From Marsupella aquatica (taxonomy: Eukaryota > Plantae > Marchantiophyta): a DNA stretch of 64,000 nucleotides. The notes under the pieces were generated by a model that did not search any database, had not been told where the DNA came from, and worked only from the letters and a program-made list of their open reading frames with translations. The stretch spans positions 18,898,754 through 18,962,753 of the forward strand of contig OZ316896.1 of assembly GCA_973895155.1 (NCBI GenBank). The letters run 5' to 3'. Below, in pieces: positions 10,881 through 25,095 of this stretch. Each line of letters begins with the position of its first letter. The first letter of the stretch is position 1. A program made the position numbers and the translations under genes.

Positions 10881-11652
10881 TCCTTCTTGCTATCAAACAG
10901 TTATCAAGGTAATGTAAGCAATACTTTAAATACTAAGGACAAAAGAGTAATAAGGGAACATAAGAAACACTTCAACTTCCATTCTTGCTATGTAGTTCAC
11001 TAGTTTCCACCAGATTTCAATTCATGATTGTGTGTCCATACTCCATAAAGTTATATTTAGCCAGGGCATATTTGGCACCAGCAAGAGCTACTACAATTTT
11101 TCCATGACAGTTGCAGACAAACTGCATTCCACACTGTTGCAGACAAACTGCATTCCACACTGTTGCCAAAGGATTTGGCAAATTGAATATGGTGCCTAAA
11201 CAAAGAAACGCCCCAACTTGTTGAACAAAATCAAGTTTACATAAGCTAGGGGTAGTCCAACTAATTTTCCTTGAAATGGTTTTTCTTTCATATAATTTAA
11301 TAGTAAAAACACCACGGGAAGGGGGAAACAGTGTGAGTTTCAACACAACCGACCGAACACCCCAGAGTCATAGCCAGACCACGTCCTCCAACTAATTTTA
11401 TAGCTTATTGTTTGACTTCATATGTTAGGACAAGTTGGGTTGAAGAAATGTAAACCTTTGACTCGAATGACTTATCCAATGGAAGGGAAAGAGGCATTGA
11501 TGATAGATTCATTATTTTATTGTCTGGCACAACTTTTGGAGGGAAGAAACAAAGAAGGAAGGATCGAAGGAAACTGCACGAGAGTCACACATACAAGTCA
11601 TGTTTCACACCAATGCTAGAGATATGCTTAGTAGATCCCCTTCTAGAAAAAG

Positions 11653-11783
11653 TTTGCTTAATCAACCCCCTCCATACTTTCCCCCAATTTGGACCATTCA
11701 TGGACCTTCTATCTCAGATCTGGACTGTTGATAGACCTCAGGGAGTAGAGAACAACTTTCATTTTGGGAGTTGATCAAGCAAA
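11653..11783. mobile_element. Possible small MITE (18-bp inverted ends)
   Basis: tttgcttaatcaaccccc vs reverse complement of gggagttgatcaagcaaa (16/18); no TSD seen. Confidence 0.3.
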
Positions 11784-12399
11784 TCCTCTTTGCCCCATTC
11801 CCATACTGTCTAACAGTTGTTTTCAAGGCTCAAGGAACATGTGCTAAGGAATCATGCTTCACATGTGCTAAGGAATCATGCTTCACATTTCCTGCGGTAA
11901 TCACACATCAAAATGTGGCTGCATTCATTGATTGAAAGGAAAAAACAGGAAAAAACTAGGATTATCACGGTATGCAGGGGTGTCGTACAATGTATATGTC
12001 ATATTTTGCCTTCACATTCATCCCCTCAAACAAAATCCCCCTTCCCGAATTCTATGCATATGATCCGGAATCCCAGATGTTCTCGAGGCTCAAAGGAACA
12101 TGATTGTGCAGAATCTGATCACACGAGAAAAAACTGCTTTGCAATCATTGCTCTTGGTTTCCAGTTCAGTTTTCGAGGCAACATCTAGGTTTTAATCAAG
12201 AGTAGGTCTGATTCATCTAATGTTGAAACTCACACTGTTGTTGTTTGATATTAATGGACCTAGTAACATAATGCACAGTAGGTTGTGTCATGGGTGTCGT
12301 GGAGGACGTCATCATATGTATCGAACTTTGACACGAGTTTTTCTTACGCCGTCAAGCCGTCCCTCCTTCTTACTTGTTTGCCAGATGATGGTTTCTGTA

Positions 12400-15300
12400 G
12401 CTTGAATTGGTAGTACATAACCTGAAGTCTTCATTCTATCGATGAGGACTGACAGTTTATCATTGTAATTCCTTTTCTTTAGAAAGGAAAAACCAATCCT
12501 CGCAATTTTGCCATGTCTGACTAAAAGGTCGTGTAAACCGTCTTCTATTCTTCTCGTCTATACCCCAAAATTAATTCCCTTGACGGCTGCATACTGACTC
12601 AGGTTGACGAGACCTGCTCATTCTGCCGGATCTGGGATGGGCATTTTGATCTCCAGATCCGAACATGTCGCATGCACAGTCTTTCCATCTGGTCCAAAAC
12701 CACGGACATGAAATTGGATGATTGAAAGAATTTCAAGTGCAGGAGGACTCAACCTCTAATGGGATAGGTACGTACTGAACAACTTCTCTGACCGCGAACC
12801 AGGTCAATTGCAACCTTGGACTTCTCGTAGCTCTGTGCTGTACGCTTAGGTCAGTTTCAGCCTTAGACATCTCTCTCCACCGACAACGAAGCACCAGACG
12901 ATCAGTGATTGCGTGGAATGAATTAGCAGGCGTTAAAGACATTGGGTTCCTTGGTAACCGGCCTGCCCCTTCGTACTCAGCCATGTCGATCATACGGGTA
13001 GGGGCGAGCTTACACTTTCAGTATTGAAGGAGGTCGCAATTCGGGCAGGGGTGGCAATACGGTTTCAGGAGACTCTGACAATCACCTTTCAGGTGAGGGG
13101 TGGAATGCGATTCTCTGCCGACATGCGAGGCGACATGTGCCATTGCGCCTTAACATATTCTGTGGGTTTCTCAAAGAAGCCGGTGGGTAAAGCCGTCGGT
13201 GCTCTCAACAAAGTCATGATGCCGTTAATGATTGGTCAGGTTATGATCCCCAAATTACTCAAATCGGGTAGTCTGTGGGATGTTTTTGTTTGTTGGTGGG
13301 ACTTCTCATCGTCTTTGTGGTAATGTGGTGTAAAGTAAATGCCAGCTAAGTATTTGATCGTAATGTTGAGAATTTTCAGCATGTGCCTTGATTAGTTTAC
13401 TGTTGATATGGAACTGGAATTTATTTAATCTAGACACTGGGTACCGATTTCATCACTGCAAGGAGTACCTTCCATGTTTTTCAGACTGCGACATTCCGCA
13501 CTGATGAGAGGGTTTTCACGACACGACGAATTGTTCGACTAGTAAGAGAAGGAGTTGAAACATTTCCAGCGAAAGGATCGCCATCCTCATCTCTTCTTCT
13601 GTTGTTGAAGGCTTGAAGCGTTCTGGAATGCTGGTCACCCGGACTATGATCTCCAGTCAATCGAGCTTCTGCACGATGCTGCTTCTTGTCATTCCTTGAA
13701 GTGATTTCGGGAGTGATCTGGAACTGTTGATAGTCGGAACCGTGAGCGGTTTTGTCTTCTGCCCCGTCTTCTGCCGATCAAGCTTGGAGGAAAATTAATG
13801 TTGTTTGGTTTCTATAGTGTGTGCCAAGGTAATCCAGAAACCGCTGCATTCATTGTTCTTAAGAACACAGTCTATGATCTGTGGCTGTACATGAAGTTAG
13901 CCTTCATCTGAAGATTGCTAGTGCTCTAACTGCCACGCAAAACAAAACGTTTCGAGTGAGACACAGCCGGGGCAGAGTGTCCCCTCTGAAATCAAAATTT
14001 CTGAGCCATTTGGATTGCGTCGGGTCGATTTGTGTCTAAAGGTGGAATTCATACTTTAACAAACTTCTTTTCTGCTAGATCGCATACTGCAGCAATGCCA
14101 CGCCCGCACTTGTGTCGGGGATTCTTATTGTCTGGGTCCTCGTGTATGTGATTTGTATCTTGCTCTCCTTTTCTAAGAACTACTTTGATCTTGCGCCTTG
14201 AGGACTTTGACGGCGACTAACTCTGCAGCGAGACCATGCATGACTGGATTGTCCCCTTCCCAAGCCCCTTCCGTGTGGGATTCTAATCGCATGCGTTCTC
14301 TCAAGTTCAATTTACTTCTTGTTCAATATTTTTCAATACCTAGCTAGTACTTTTGAAGATTTCAATTGCAAGCTCAAGACAGAGGGCATTAATGTGCCTG
14401 CTGTCATTGAAATGGTCAATTGTTCTTGGAGGTGCTCGGTCAGCGATGGCTTCATTCTTCTTTGGTTACGTACATTTTAATCTGAGCTCCTTCTTTACCA
14501 ACGGAGCAGATCCTAATGCCTCCAATTAAGAGTTCGGGAATACTTGCGGCAGCTCCGTCGTCCATACGATTAGTAACCGAGAAGGCAAATACTCCTTAAG
14601 GTTCGGAGAGGTATATGGTCCAGAGAATTTCCACTCGTTCGGTCTTCAGCAAAATCGAACCTGCTGTCTTCATTGACGTACTGTCCATCGATGCGAAGTC
14701 ACCGTCACCAAGTACTGCGTGTCCAAGTAGCCAGTGGAGTATTATCAATGGAATTTGCATACGATTGGAGTCAGCATCACCGTTCCATGAATCTTCTTTT
14801 CAAGTACAATACGTCGTTTGTCGAGCTCAATCTACCTGCAATCTCTGTAAGGACTTCGTAATCGTGGGTTAGATGGTCGATCAATCTGCACGACCTTCGA
14901 TCGCTTTCCAAGCCAGTACAAAATTGTCCGAGAAGACTGGCATTGCATGATCCATGGCAGGTTTAACGGTCTGGTTGCACATGGGGTCGAATAAAGGTCG
15001 ATAGCACGATGTTAGGGGTCGCTCGGTCTCGAGAGACAATGGACATGTATTGGACAACCTTACAAATTGTGAGGGACGAGAATCTCCGAGTGTGCATATA
15101 TGGTTGGCCGGTAAGATCGATCAGCAACTAATGGTCGAGAAACAATCGAAATTTATCGATAGAACTACGGTAAGCACTGCCAGAAATGAGAGTGATGTCG
15201 CGGCTTGTACTGTTCGTAATCTGTGAGCAACCAGTGGTCATGCAACTAATTGTCGTCGGACAATTAATATTTGACCTACGTTGCTGTAATAGATGAGTGT

Positions 15301-17250
15301 TCTCGCCGAGCGTGCATTGTACCTTTGGTTTCTAGGACATTGATTCCTGAATATTCACTCAGCTTTGGAATGTACTTGGCTACGACTGAGAACTAGTGAC
15401 ACTTCAATCCCCACTCGGCTTCTCACCATTTTAAGCATGTATTTTGGAGGCTCAAGTGCGGGCTCGCACCTTCATCTTTGCTTGTATGCCAGGGGACATC
15501 GTCTAATGAAGCTTTGTTCACATTAAAGACTCCTGTAACGGAACTCTATCCGGTATCAAACGATATATCGATGGTGGTTGGGCTTGAAAATGGTTCTGAG
15601 ATTAAATCACTTTGGTCGTTGACGATGATTGAATGGGATCGCTGATTTGCAACGTTACTCTCAAGAATCGAAGCCCATGGAGAAGCTTTGCGTTATATTG
15701 CATCGAGGTCCGAAAGTCAAGGAACCTGAGTTTCAGGTGTTAGCAGCCGAGATGAGAAGAGCTTAACAATCTGTCATAGCTTTTGGAGAAAACACAATGA
15801 ATCTCATTCAAATAAGCCATTCATTTGGTTTTTCGAGGCAAAAAGAAAACACAACACAATGAATCAATTAATTAACGTTCCAATATATCTAAATCGAACT
15901 AAGTTCGATCTCCTTCCAAGCCTGGGTATATCTCTAACGCTGAACTTGCCGAACTGACTTATGGAGGCCTCTGCTGGCGATGCTTTATGCAACAGAAGTC
16001 CACCTGTCATCTGTATTGAAAGTCACCTTTTGAAGTCGCTCAACAACAATTCCAAACTTGCGCTGAGGCTAGATTACAAGGCAGATTGAGATTCATAATC
16101 TGCAGATGGTGTGATGGATTGCAAGTGAGAGCCGGCGCAGATCAAGGAGATAGCTTTGTTCAATTTACAAATTTCGTTCACAGTTTCGTGCCAAAACTGC
16201 AGTCTCTAATGACACCTAAAACTGGAGGCAGACGAACGTGAATTGAAGCTCAAATTTTTCTTCAACGTAACCTCCATCCTTTGTCCAGCTTCTTCTCCGC
16301 TGTAAACCATCTTTTCGCTAGCAATGAAGTGATTACATCTTGAATTCCACCCCAAACTACAAATTGTCAGTTAATAGAGCAAATCCCTACCTGCCAGGAA
16401 TGTTTGCGTGGATATTTCAAATCTCTCCTTGTCTCAAACTAGTTGAGCATTACTCGAACCTTTGCACTTTCAATAATAGTGTAAAATTGTTACGATTGAC
16501 CAGGAAGTACTTCTTTGCAGTACACGCGCGCCAAGCTCACTCTCCTTCGCATTGAAAATGAACTGTAATACAGAAAGAAAGACAGAATACAGAGGGCGAT
16601 TGACAGGGGAGACAGAGCCAAGGGCCAAGCTGACTGCCACATTGAAGACAAATTGGTGCACGATCAATTTTCAATGTTTGCAAATCTCCAGCAAATAAAA
16701 TGTTCCCTTCTCTCCTTCAAGACTAAGGTGTTGGATGAGTGCAAAATCACCTTATTCACACTCATTTTTCTACTAGAACTTTCCTCTGTTACGAGGGCTC
16801 CTATGCAATACCTACAACTAGCTCCTACTCAATCGTGGGAGAATTCATCCAGAATCCTTGTATTGCCCCGAAAAATACCATTCATATTTTCATAGCTATT
16901 TTTTGATCAAGAATCCTCCACAAGACAAAATATGACTTCCTTCAAAGTCCTAAACAACAGTTTAATAATGTGCATTAATTTTTTAAGATCCGTTCATGAC
17001 AGATTTTTAGGGGGAATGGGAGCCTGAAGTGCTGCCAATTTCGCTGTACCAACAGAATCTAACCGAGGCCAAGCCTACAACTTTGATGAAACTGATATGT
17101 CCTGTAGGAATTGTTCTCTGACAGTACTTGGGCTTCAATGATTCCTCCCATCAGTTGCCCGTAGCTGATCGAGCTTCTATTAATTTGTGTATGCACATCG
17201 AACACATATCTAGAACTCTATTTTGCAGGATCTTCCATGTGGGCCAGAGA
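12400..17250 (-). pseudogene. Highly degenerate TORNADO1-like LRR-Roc-COR gene remnant
   Basis: No long ORF. Minus-strand fragments in plausible order: RI-like LRR pieces (GEEAGQRMEVTLKKNLS, ~16300), Roc-like VCDLAEKKF (~14080, cf. WDLAGQ) and C-terminal KMPIPD (~12640). Many stops and frameshifts; boundaries approximate. Confidence 0.35.
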
Positions 17251-19047
17251 ATTGGCTAGACTTGTGTGATGGGTGTACAGGAAACTTCGTCCTTGATAGG
17301 TCATTCATCTTTAGAATTCACTTGATGGGGTCCTTGACCGGGCATCTATCCTTCGCATTCACTCAATGAGCTGCAGACGACGGCAACTACCAAAGGCTTC
17401 CCACTTCGTAATCACCTATCAAGTGAGTTTCAAAATAAATCACGATCAAGGGCTACCTCTGGTTTAGACCCCATTGACCCCATCAAATGATTCTGTGATA
17501 ACTTTAAATTCGATCAATGTGAAAACAAATATCTCCCCTAGAAGACGAAACGTGACTGTGGTCCCACTCCACGAATCGTTAATAGGTAGACTCCCCAACT
17601 TGCAGTGGGAAGCTGTATGCTACTACTCTTGTCAAACCTATTGAATCGAGAACCTCTCACTGATCTTAGTCATCAAGGTTTTAACATAATTAATCTAAGC
17701 CTCGTCTATGGTGGTTTAGTATTGAACAGAGGAATTGCGCTCCAGTCCTATTGAGTGGTTTGAAAATGGGACGGGAGGAGTTTCATCCATCTTCTCGAGA
17801 GAAGAGTATTTTTGCAGCAATAAACTGAAGCCCGGAAAACTAAGAAATCTCACAGCACACAACGAGAAGCGGATTTTCTAAGATTTAGCTGGTCAAGACA
17901 AAGTTGACGTGCTGTGAATTTGTAGCTGATCTTAGTCAGCAATCAGGCATTCTGCAACAGCAGAGGATGTCATCCCAACAACAATCCTCGACTCGAGATG
18001 CAAGGCCACATGACTACTCCGTCATTACAACACTTTGCCTTGGCAGAACGCCTCACGGTTTCGTCCGCAGGAGTCAAGTACCGTAGAAGGCCTCGATTGA
18101 GATCAATCTCCCTCTGCTCAACTGTAATTGGACCGTCACTCTTAAACGTGTGTGCCGGCTAAACTACAGATGGGGCAGTTCACTTTACTACTATTCTCAC
18201 ACAGTCTTAAGAATTCACGTCGAATTACGTACCACCTCGTGCACTCCGTCACTTGCCTGGCACCAACAAATTCTGCATCTTGCCGTCCTCCCGCCAACAC
18301 TCCTCAGAAACTAATCCTACTCACACAGATCTCTTGCCCAGTCCCTCCTCTCCCCAACGGCATTCGACACGCGGGTCGACACGACTACATTCTTTTCATT
18401 AAAGGCGATGAACCCTCAGAATCTATCCTACGCTACCTGTAGAAGCACATTTTGCGAATTGAAGATCTGGACTCATGCATCATACAACAAGCTCCAATAT
18501 CCGGAAAGAATTTACACAAACACACTGCAAAGATCTTGGTAATGGTCCTATTGGACCTCAGTCTTTATTTTTTTATAAAATGTGTTTGCTTGGGGACTCA
18601 CTGTCCAAAGAATTTGACTCTCATACGTAAGATAGACCACTGAAATTCAGCATCATTCGATACTTTACACTAGGAAGTATATTGGCCGGCTCGTAGCCGA
18701 GCTCCTATGATCTGCATCTGTGCAAGCGCTCCAAACTCTTTTGACTGAGAAAAACTTCTGTTATTCAGCAAACTGCTGACTCAAATTTCCTTCACGGTCC
18801 AACGCCGTTTTGCGCCCCTCAGTACAATGAAAACCACCCCCAGTCGAGCTCGAGGGGATCCATAAAACCCCTCAAGCTCGGAACGAAAGTCCACTGTCGT
18901 AGTTAATTCCTGAACCATCCGGACGAAGATTGTGAAGCCCCCTGGCAATCCTGTTATTCATCCATAGAGCTGCGCGCCATCCTGGAAACTGATGTTTAAC
19001 ATCCATTGTTGCCCGTCAAATCTGAAGTTGAAGAATCCGCTGCACAT

Positions 19048-19257
19048 TTACAAGTGCTTCAGGGCCAAATACGAGAGCACGGTCATGATGGCCGGCGCTG
19101 CAATGGAAGGCAGCAAGGCGGTGGCGTATGATCCAGGAGTTGGCGCCGGTGAGGGGGCTTGAGCAGCTACAAGGCCTTGGCTCTGCACAATTGCCAACAT
19201 GGCCATTGCAGCCACCACCACGGTGTTCCTCATTGCAGACTTCATGCTGAAAGCCAT
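19048..19257 (-). CDS. Arabinogalactan (AG) peptide, GPI-anchored (divergent member)
   Basis: Signal peptide ending AA|Q, QAPSPAPTPGS glycomodule, hydrophobic C-terminal GPI signal; TATATAA near 19462-19469 upstream. Confidence 0.88.
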   Translation of the reverse strand: MAFSMKSAMRNTVVVAAMAMLAIVQSQGLVAAQAPSPAPTPGSYATALLPSIAAPAIMTVLSYLALKHL

Positions 19258-19674
19258 TGAACCACGCGAATTATCGATAAACTCTCCGAAAAAATACGGT
19301 GCGAGATCGAGAAAGAGCCGATTTCCTGCTGCAAGTAGGCTAGACTTGCAGTTGACGATCGAAGAAAGCAGATCGCCGGAGATTGAAGTCGGATTGGGAG
19401 ATAAAGAGGAAGACGAAGAGCTGAAGAAGTGAGTGATAGGAAGCGGAGCAAGGCTAGAAGCTTATATAAGAAACTGGGCCGATGGAAACTAGGGTGACGC
19501 ACATGTCCAGCCCGCAAATCAGGCAGGCATCACGCGGAGGCAGGCCGGCAGCACGAAACTTAACGCGGAATTGAGAATGACAACTAGTGAAAGTTCGTGC
19601 CTTGCCTTGTCATTCATTGCTTTTGCGGAGAGGGGAGTTGAACGCTTCCTTACGTTACGCACTTTCGCCATATC

Positions 19675-19890
19675 TTGTCCGGTCGATTCCGGCTGGTGTG
19701 ACTGGTTTGTCCAGTCACACTAGGCAGATCTGACTGGCTAGTCCAGTCACACAAGGCAGATCTGACTGGCTTGTCCGGTCGATGAAGGCTGGGATGACTG
19801 AGCTGTCGGGTGGGCATACGGAAGATATGACCGGATTGTCCGGTCGATTTACCGATTCTGTGACTGGGTTGCCCGGTTGTCCAGTTGTCG
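19675..19890. repeat. GC-rich ~31-bp tandem/inverted repeat block (gtccagtcacac.aggcagatctgactggct), probably TE-derived
   Basis: Two near-perfect tandem units plus recurrent tgtccggt/gactgg motifs. Confidence 0.55.
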
Positions 19891-22800
19891 ACCCCACAGC
19901 TGCCGTGTTCAACCAGCATAGATAAAATCCAGTCCATTGGGTCTCTGAATGGAGGGGCACCCCGCCTCCAACCCATGGCAGCCATTTACAAAGAGAAATT
20001 TAATAGATTAATTTGGACTGACTCCTTCAACACCCAAAGAATAAGGCCAAGTCGTTGTTGACAACTTTGACAATTTTGTTGGGGAAGAGGGGATGCCAAG
20101 GGAAAATTAATGTGGTGCAACTACTGTAGAATGAAATATTGGGACATGCACCACATTTATTCTACCACGATGTCACAATTATTTGTAGATAAAATCAGAA
20201 TAAAAATGATCCATGGAGTACAATTTTTTCGTTGACCCATCCTTTCTTTGCTTCCAAAGCAAAAGCCAAAGCGAAAGATTTTATCAGGAAGGGTTGCACT
20301 TCACAACTTTTAGATTAGAAATGAAGGTAGCAACCATCCCTACCATTTTGGCCAGGCTTTCGCTTTTATTTTGAAGCACACAGTTCCTGCTCTAGACGAC
20401 TACGACTTTGGCATCTAATTTTAGGAAAATATAAATTACAAAGGCCCTATCATAAGAATTACAGAAGCTTCATCTGACCTTGTCATGAGAAATTCAAGGT
20501 TGCGTCAATTTTGTGACCAGGTTAAGGAAGGATGCTGAATCGTTGGTGACCGTGCGATGCTTTGTAAACTTCATGGTAACTGCAGAGTATAGTTTTGTTA
20601 AGGAAAGTCTACTATAGAAGTTTGAGGGTAGCCCAAGCCAAAGAAGAAGAAAATAACACCATATTTTGTCGACAAGCATATACTCATCACCATAGTTTGT
20701 AGACAAACATATACTGTAGACAGCAGATCCCATCATTATTTTGAATTAAAATAGTGCACTTGGATCTTTTTGGAAGGAGTTATTTATAATTAAAAATTTG
20801 GAGGAGAACGGCGTGTGCAGTCTCAAGGAGTCAAGGGGAATGGAAGTAATCATGCCCAGGACAATAAGCACTTGGAATTTTCAGCCGAATAAAAGAAAAA
20901 CATGTCCAAATACAATTACAGTATCCAGCTCATGCATACGTCCACATTTTGGACCCTCGGCTACAGTTCTGTACTTGTGAGTCGAGAAATGATAGCCTAC
21001 AAGATTCGCTGTTGCTGCAATTTTCATCATGCTATCTTTATTGCGAAAGAATACAAGAGTGCCTCGGTTCTTGACAAATTTTGGCGTGATTGTGATTTGT
21101 TAGTTTTCCTCGAATAATTTTTAAATAAAATTTCAGAAAATCAAGGGTAGAAAGGCACAAGAATCGATTGGGATTCTTCGCTCTGCTGTAGTATGACAAA
21201 TTCATGATGCTTCCTTTATTTAACCAGCAAACAAACAATAAAATAATAATTTCATCACCTATCTACAGGACTACTATTGTGTGTCAGATGCAGTATCGGG
21301 TTGTCAGATTACTCAGGAGCTCCTACTGTATGTGTCCTTGTGGGATGGGGGGCTTCTCTTTCCGAGCTCCTATGTGGTTTACAGTTACACCATATCTCTA
21401 CCATACTTCTACTGTAGTTGGTTCTCTACTTTTTGTGTCCTTGTGGGGTGGTCTTCTCTTTATTGGGTGGCTTGACATTTGGGACCCTGTCGTATTTCTT
21501 TGGTCATCTTGCGGCTTTCTCCTCCTTTTATTGGGTGACTTTTGCCTTTGGGACATTATCGGGATAACATTATTTGTCCTTTGGCACTCTGATAAATATT
21601 CGGAGTCACATGTCATACCCTTGTCCTGCAAGGGAACTTAATCACACCACCTCGCGCCCGTGAGGCCACTGCCACGTTCCGGGTAAAACGCCGGTCCGCC
21701 CCTGGCTGCCAGTTACCGGGACGAGGGAGCGGTCCTCCGCATTTGATCGGTCATTCTGTACGTCTGATACGTGAGTCCCTCTCTGGACCGGTCGCAGGAG
21801 ACCGGACAACCCCACCAACCGGTCCATTGCGGGTAACGTCGTATGACCAGGACCGTCGCCAAATCGGAGCATATTGTACCGTGGCGGTAACCGAGTGTAG
21901 CTATCGCCGGCGACTAGGCGGTCGGCAGTTCCCGTGAAGCCAGGCAGCCCGGCTGGGACTTTCCCGGTGACCAGACAAAACGGCAGCTCGGGACCAACAT
22001 GGTCTTTTTTCTTCGGGAATCTCGAATATTTCCCCCTCCTTTTTTTCCCAGTTGTGAGAAATTTAATTTTGCGACCATATCCTAAATCGAATTTTCGGGC
22101 ACACTTAATCTACTCTAGGTGATTTTTAGTTTAAGCGAAGTTTTTGCTCCTGTTAGTTTTCAATGGGCTCCAATAATTTTGAAGAGTGCCAACGCACATG
22201 GGATGGACCAATTTTTGTATGGATGCCAGTGCGACCACCACCTGATTTCACATTTTGAGGGAACTGTAGATTTTTGGTCTGGAACCCTGGCTTGCAGCAT
22301 TTCGGTCATGGAAACTCATTTGAGATGGTAGGTCTTTCTTTTTATTCTTTTAAGTTTTGTGGGGTTTGCCCTCGTCGTTTGGAGTTTACTCTTAATAACA
22401 CACTACAGTAGATATGGACCAGCACTACACCTTTGCCTGCGTAGCTTTTACTGTAATTTACCACAATAGACATGGACAATCATCAAACTATTGAGATGGT
22501 ACCTGTAGATCTTTCTTTTTATTATTGGGGATTACCATCTTTGTTGGAGTGTACTGTTTGTCCTCTGTGTGCCTCTTTTGAGTCTTTTCGGTGTACTGCT
22601 CCATTGTCCTTTTCTAGGTACTTTTTAATAAATCGTTCTTTGTGTCCAAACCCACTTCCTGGAAAGGCCTAAATAATATACAGCGCCGGGAGAAACAAAG
22701 CTATGCTCTGGCGATTTTGGTTTCTAGATCTAATGCTCAATGTGTCAAGCTGTCGAGGGAAGCTTGCCGCATGTTTCTTTCTCCACGGCAGCTTGTGCTT

Positions 22801-24859
22801 TGGAGGTTAGTTGGTGCGCCGTCGGACTTCAGAGCAGTGAGGCACCGAGCTTCCGAACGTGGGCACTACAAATACGTGGGGGAATCGTTCGGGAGGCACT
22901 GTGGCAGGCAGTGTTACTTTACAGTACGTCGTCCTGGGCTTCGTGCCTTCGTCTTCCATGAGCTGGGCAGGCGGATCCACCGTGAAAGGCCTCACGTGGA
23001 TTGTAATCTAGTCCTGGGAACGTTGTTGTCATGCCTCTCCCTCAGGTGGGATTTCCCCTCGCAGCACGTTTCCGAACTGGCATTTTTGTCTTTTGAGCCC
23101 ATGGTTGTCATGCAGTAAAGTTGCATATTGGACTACGTTCAAGTAAAGCTTCGCGTGAAATTTGCATATCTGGACAGTAGAGTGAATTCTTTTATTTGAG
23201 CTTGTCTGAAGGAACAGATCATCATCACAGCAGCTTTTTTATCTTGGACTTTGTGTTTGACGTTTGACCATGACCATAATAATTGAATAATTATATGAAA
23301 TGGGATTCAGGTCGAGAGGTCCGTAAAATAAATTTCACTCTTCAGTTGGAGACATTGGGAAGTCCGATCTGTGCTGAAATCTTGCAGTTTAGAGCTGCAA
23401 TTCCAAGGAATTCCAGTTCACTGACTATTGATTAACATGTACCGTTGAGCTGCAAATGCTTTACATGCTTCAAGTAAGCCTAGCTTTACTTTGTGAGAAT
23501 CCAGCGAAGACTTTTGAGACCGGGATATTCGGTTCAATAACAGTGATGCCGATGACGAAACCTTGATGCGTAGCTCAGATGCAACATGGCTGCCACCAAG
23601 ATCAGAGGCGGTAGAACTCAAGAATTTTGTCCCATCTCAGTTGACGGTAAATACAAGTGATTAGAGACGTACCGATTGGTTTTCGTTGAATATGATTAAG
23701 GTGTACCCTTCATCTGAAAATGGTTATTTATGTTACATGATGATGATTATGATTATATGTCGTTGCTGTTGGTAGTACGAAGCCAAGAGTTGTAGTAAAG
23801 GAATTTCCTGTTTCAATTTCGAACTGTCAATGACGAAACCATGATCAGAGCTCGATGTCACCAGGCTAGGAGATCAGAGGCGGCCCTCTTCAAGTCTTTT
23901 GTTTCAAATGGAAGAAATTTTCCCCATCTAATGACGGCAATTACAAGTTAACTTTGCCTGGCACAACGCAAGACTGAAACAGCCTGATCGTCCCACTTCG
24001 AAGCCTTCAATTGACTTCTACATGCTTGAAGCTATCACTATCACTGTACTAGCTCACGGGATTCCCAAACGAACAATCACTCGTCCTTCGATGTGTGTTT
24101 GGCAATGATTATGATCGTCTGCTTAGGAAATGCCAGCTTCCATGTTTTCCTTTCATTGTAGAAGTCCAGAGAGGAGATTGTCTACACTGTTCTGGCCGGA
24201 AACAGTCATAAATATTCATAAAAGCAAGAACATCAGGATTTTCTCCAGGGCGGAGGCTATTGATACTAATGTCCGTTGCTGTAATATTTCTGGGGGCTTA
24301 GGATATCTAACCGTTGGATTGCAATTCGTTTTCCACCATCTTGGGTGTCTTTCAGATTCGCTTAGATGACTAGACAAGGGCGCTTCAACTCAAACACATT
24401 GAAAAACATAAATTTTGTGTGAGGATTGGTACTTCTACGATTTAGCGACCCTTGCGTGATTCAGACTTCGTGACTCCTACCACTGACGTTATTGCTAGGA
24501 TCATATCCGGAAGCGAATTTCCCAACAGTGAATTTCATCTTCACAAGCTTAGTTGCAGTGCTCTGAAGCTGAAGACTTGTGCTGTGGAAGATTCACCTGT
24601 TCTATAAGAACCCTGGTAGTTCAAGGTACCTTCGAAGTGTGCAAGAGACGAGACTCTCAGGAGGATCATTTGCTCGATCAATTAATTGTATGGTGCTACT
24701 ATATGTCTGACTTATTCCATGGCACGGACGAAGAATGGATCGAGAACAATTATAATCCAATTTGCTTTATATACTACTATATAAGCCGAAAAAATGTATC
24801 AAAGAATTGAACTCTCTGCAATAGAGCGTCTCTGGTGAAAGTTACTCGGTGTGGACTTT

Positions 24860-25095
24860 AACCATGAGTTGCATAATTTCCGAGACTGAAGGGAGAAAAT
24901 CATCGGTGCTGCAATTGAGTGCAGGAAGCTACCAGCACTGCCCGGCTGTGCAGGCTGGTGATGGAGCCAAATTTTCCGAAAGAAGAGCCATATTCGCTGC
25001 CGACACCAAGCTTTGGTTCTCAATCATTACCACCTATACCATCTGCACGACCATGAAGCTGCTCCTCCATCACTTTAGTCATGGTCAAAGCCCAT
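24860..25095 (-). pseudogene. AG peptide pseudogene
   Basis: Clear homology to neighbouring copies (ENQSLVSAANMALLSENLAPSP) but with a +1 insertion right after the ATG, further indels and a stop. Confidence 0.85.

Noticed and set aside
19675-19890. CRISPR-like array
   Set aside because: Units are adjacent without unique spacers; eukaryotic context and no cas genes
21642-23118. GC-rich block and 158-aa ORF at 22642
   Set aside because: Probably TE-derived, but no termini or protein motif could be supported
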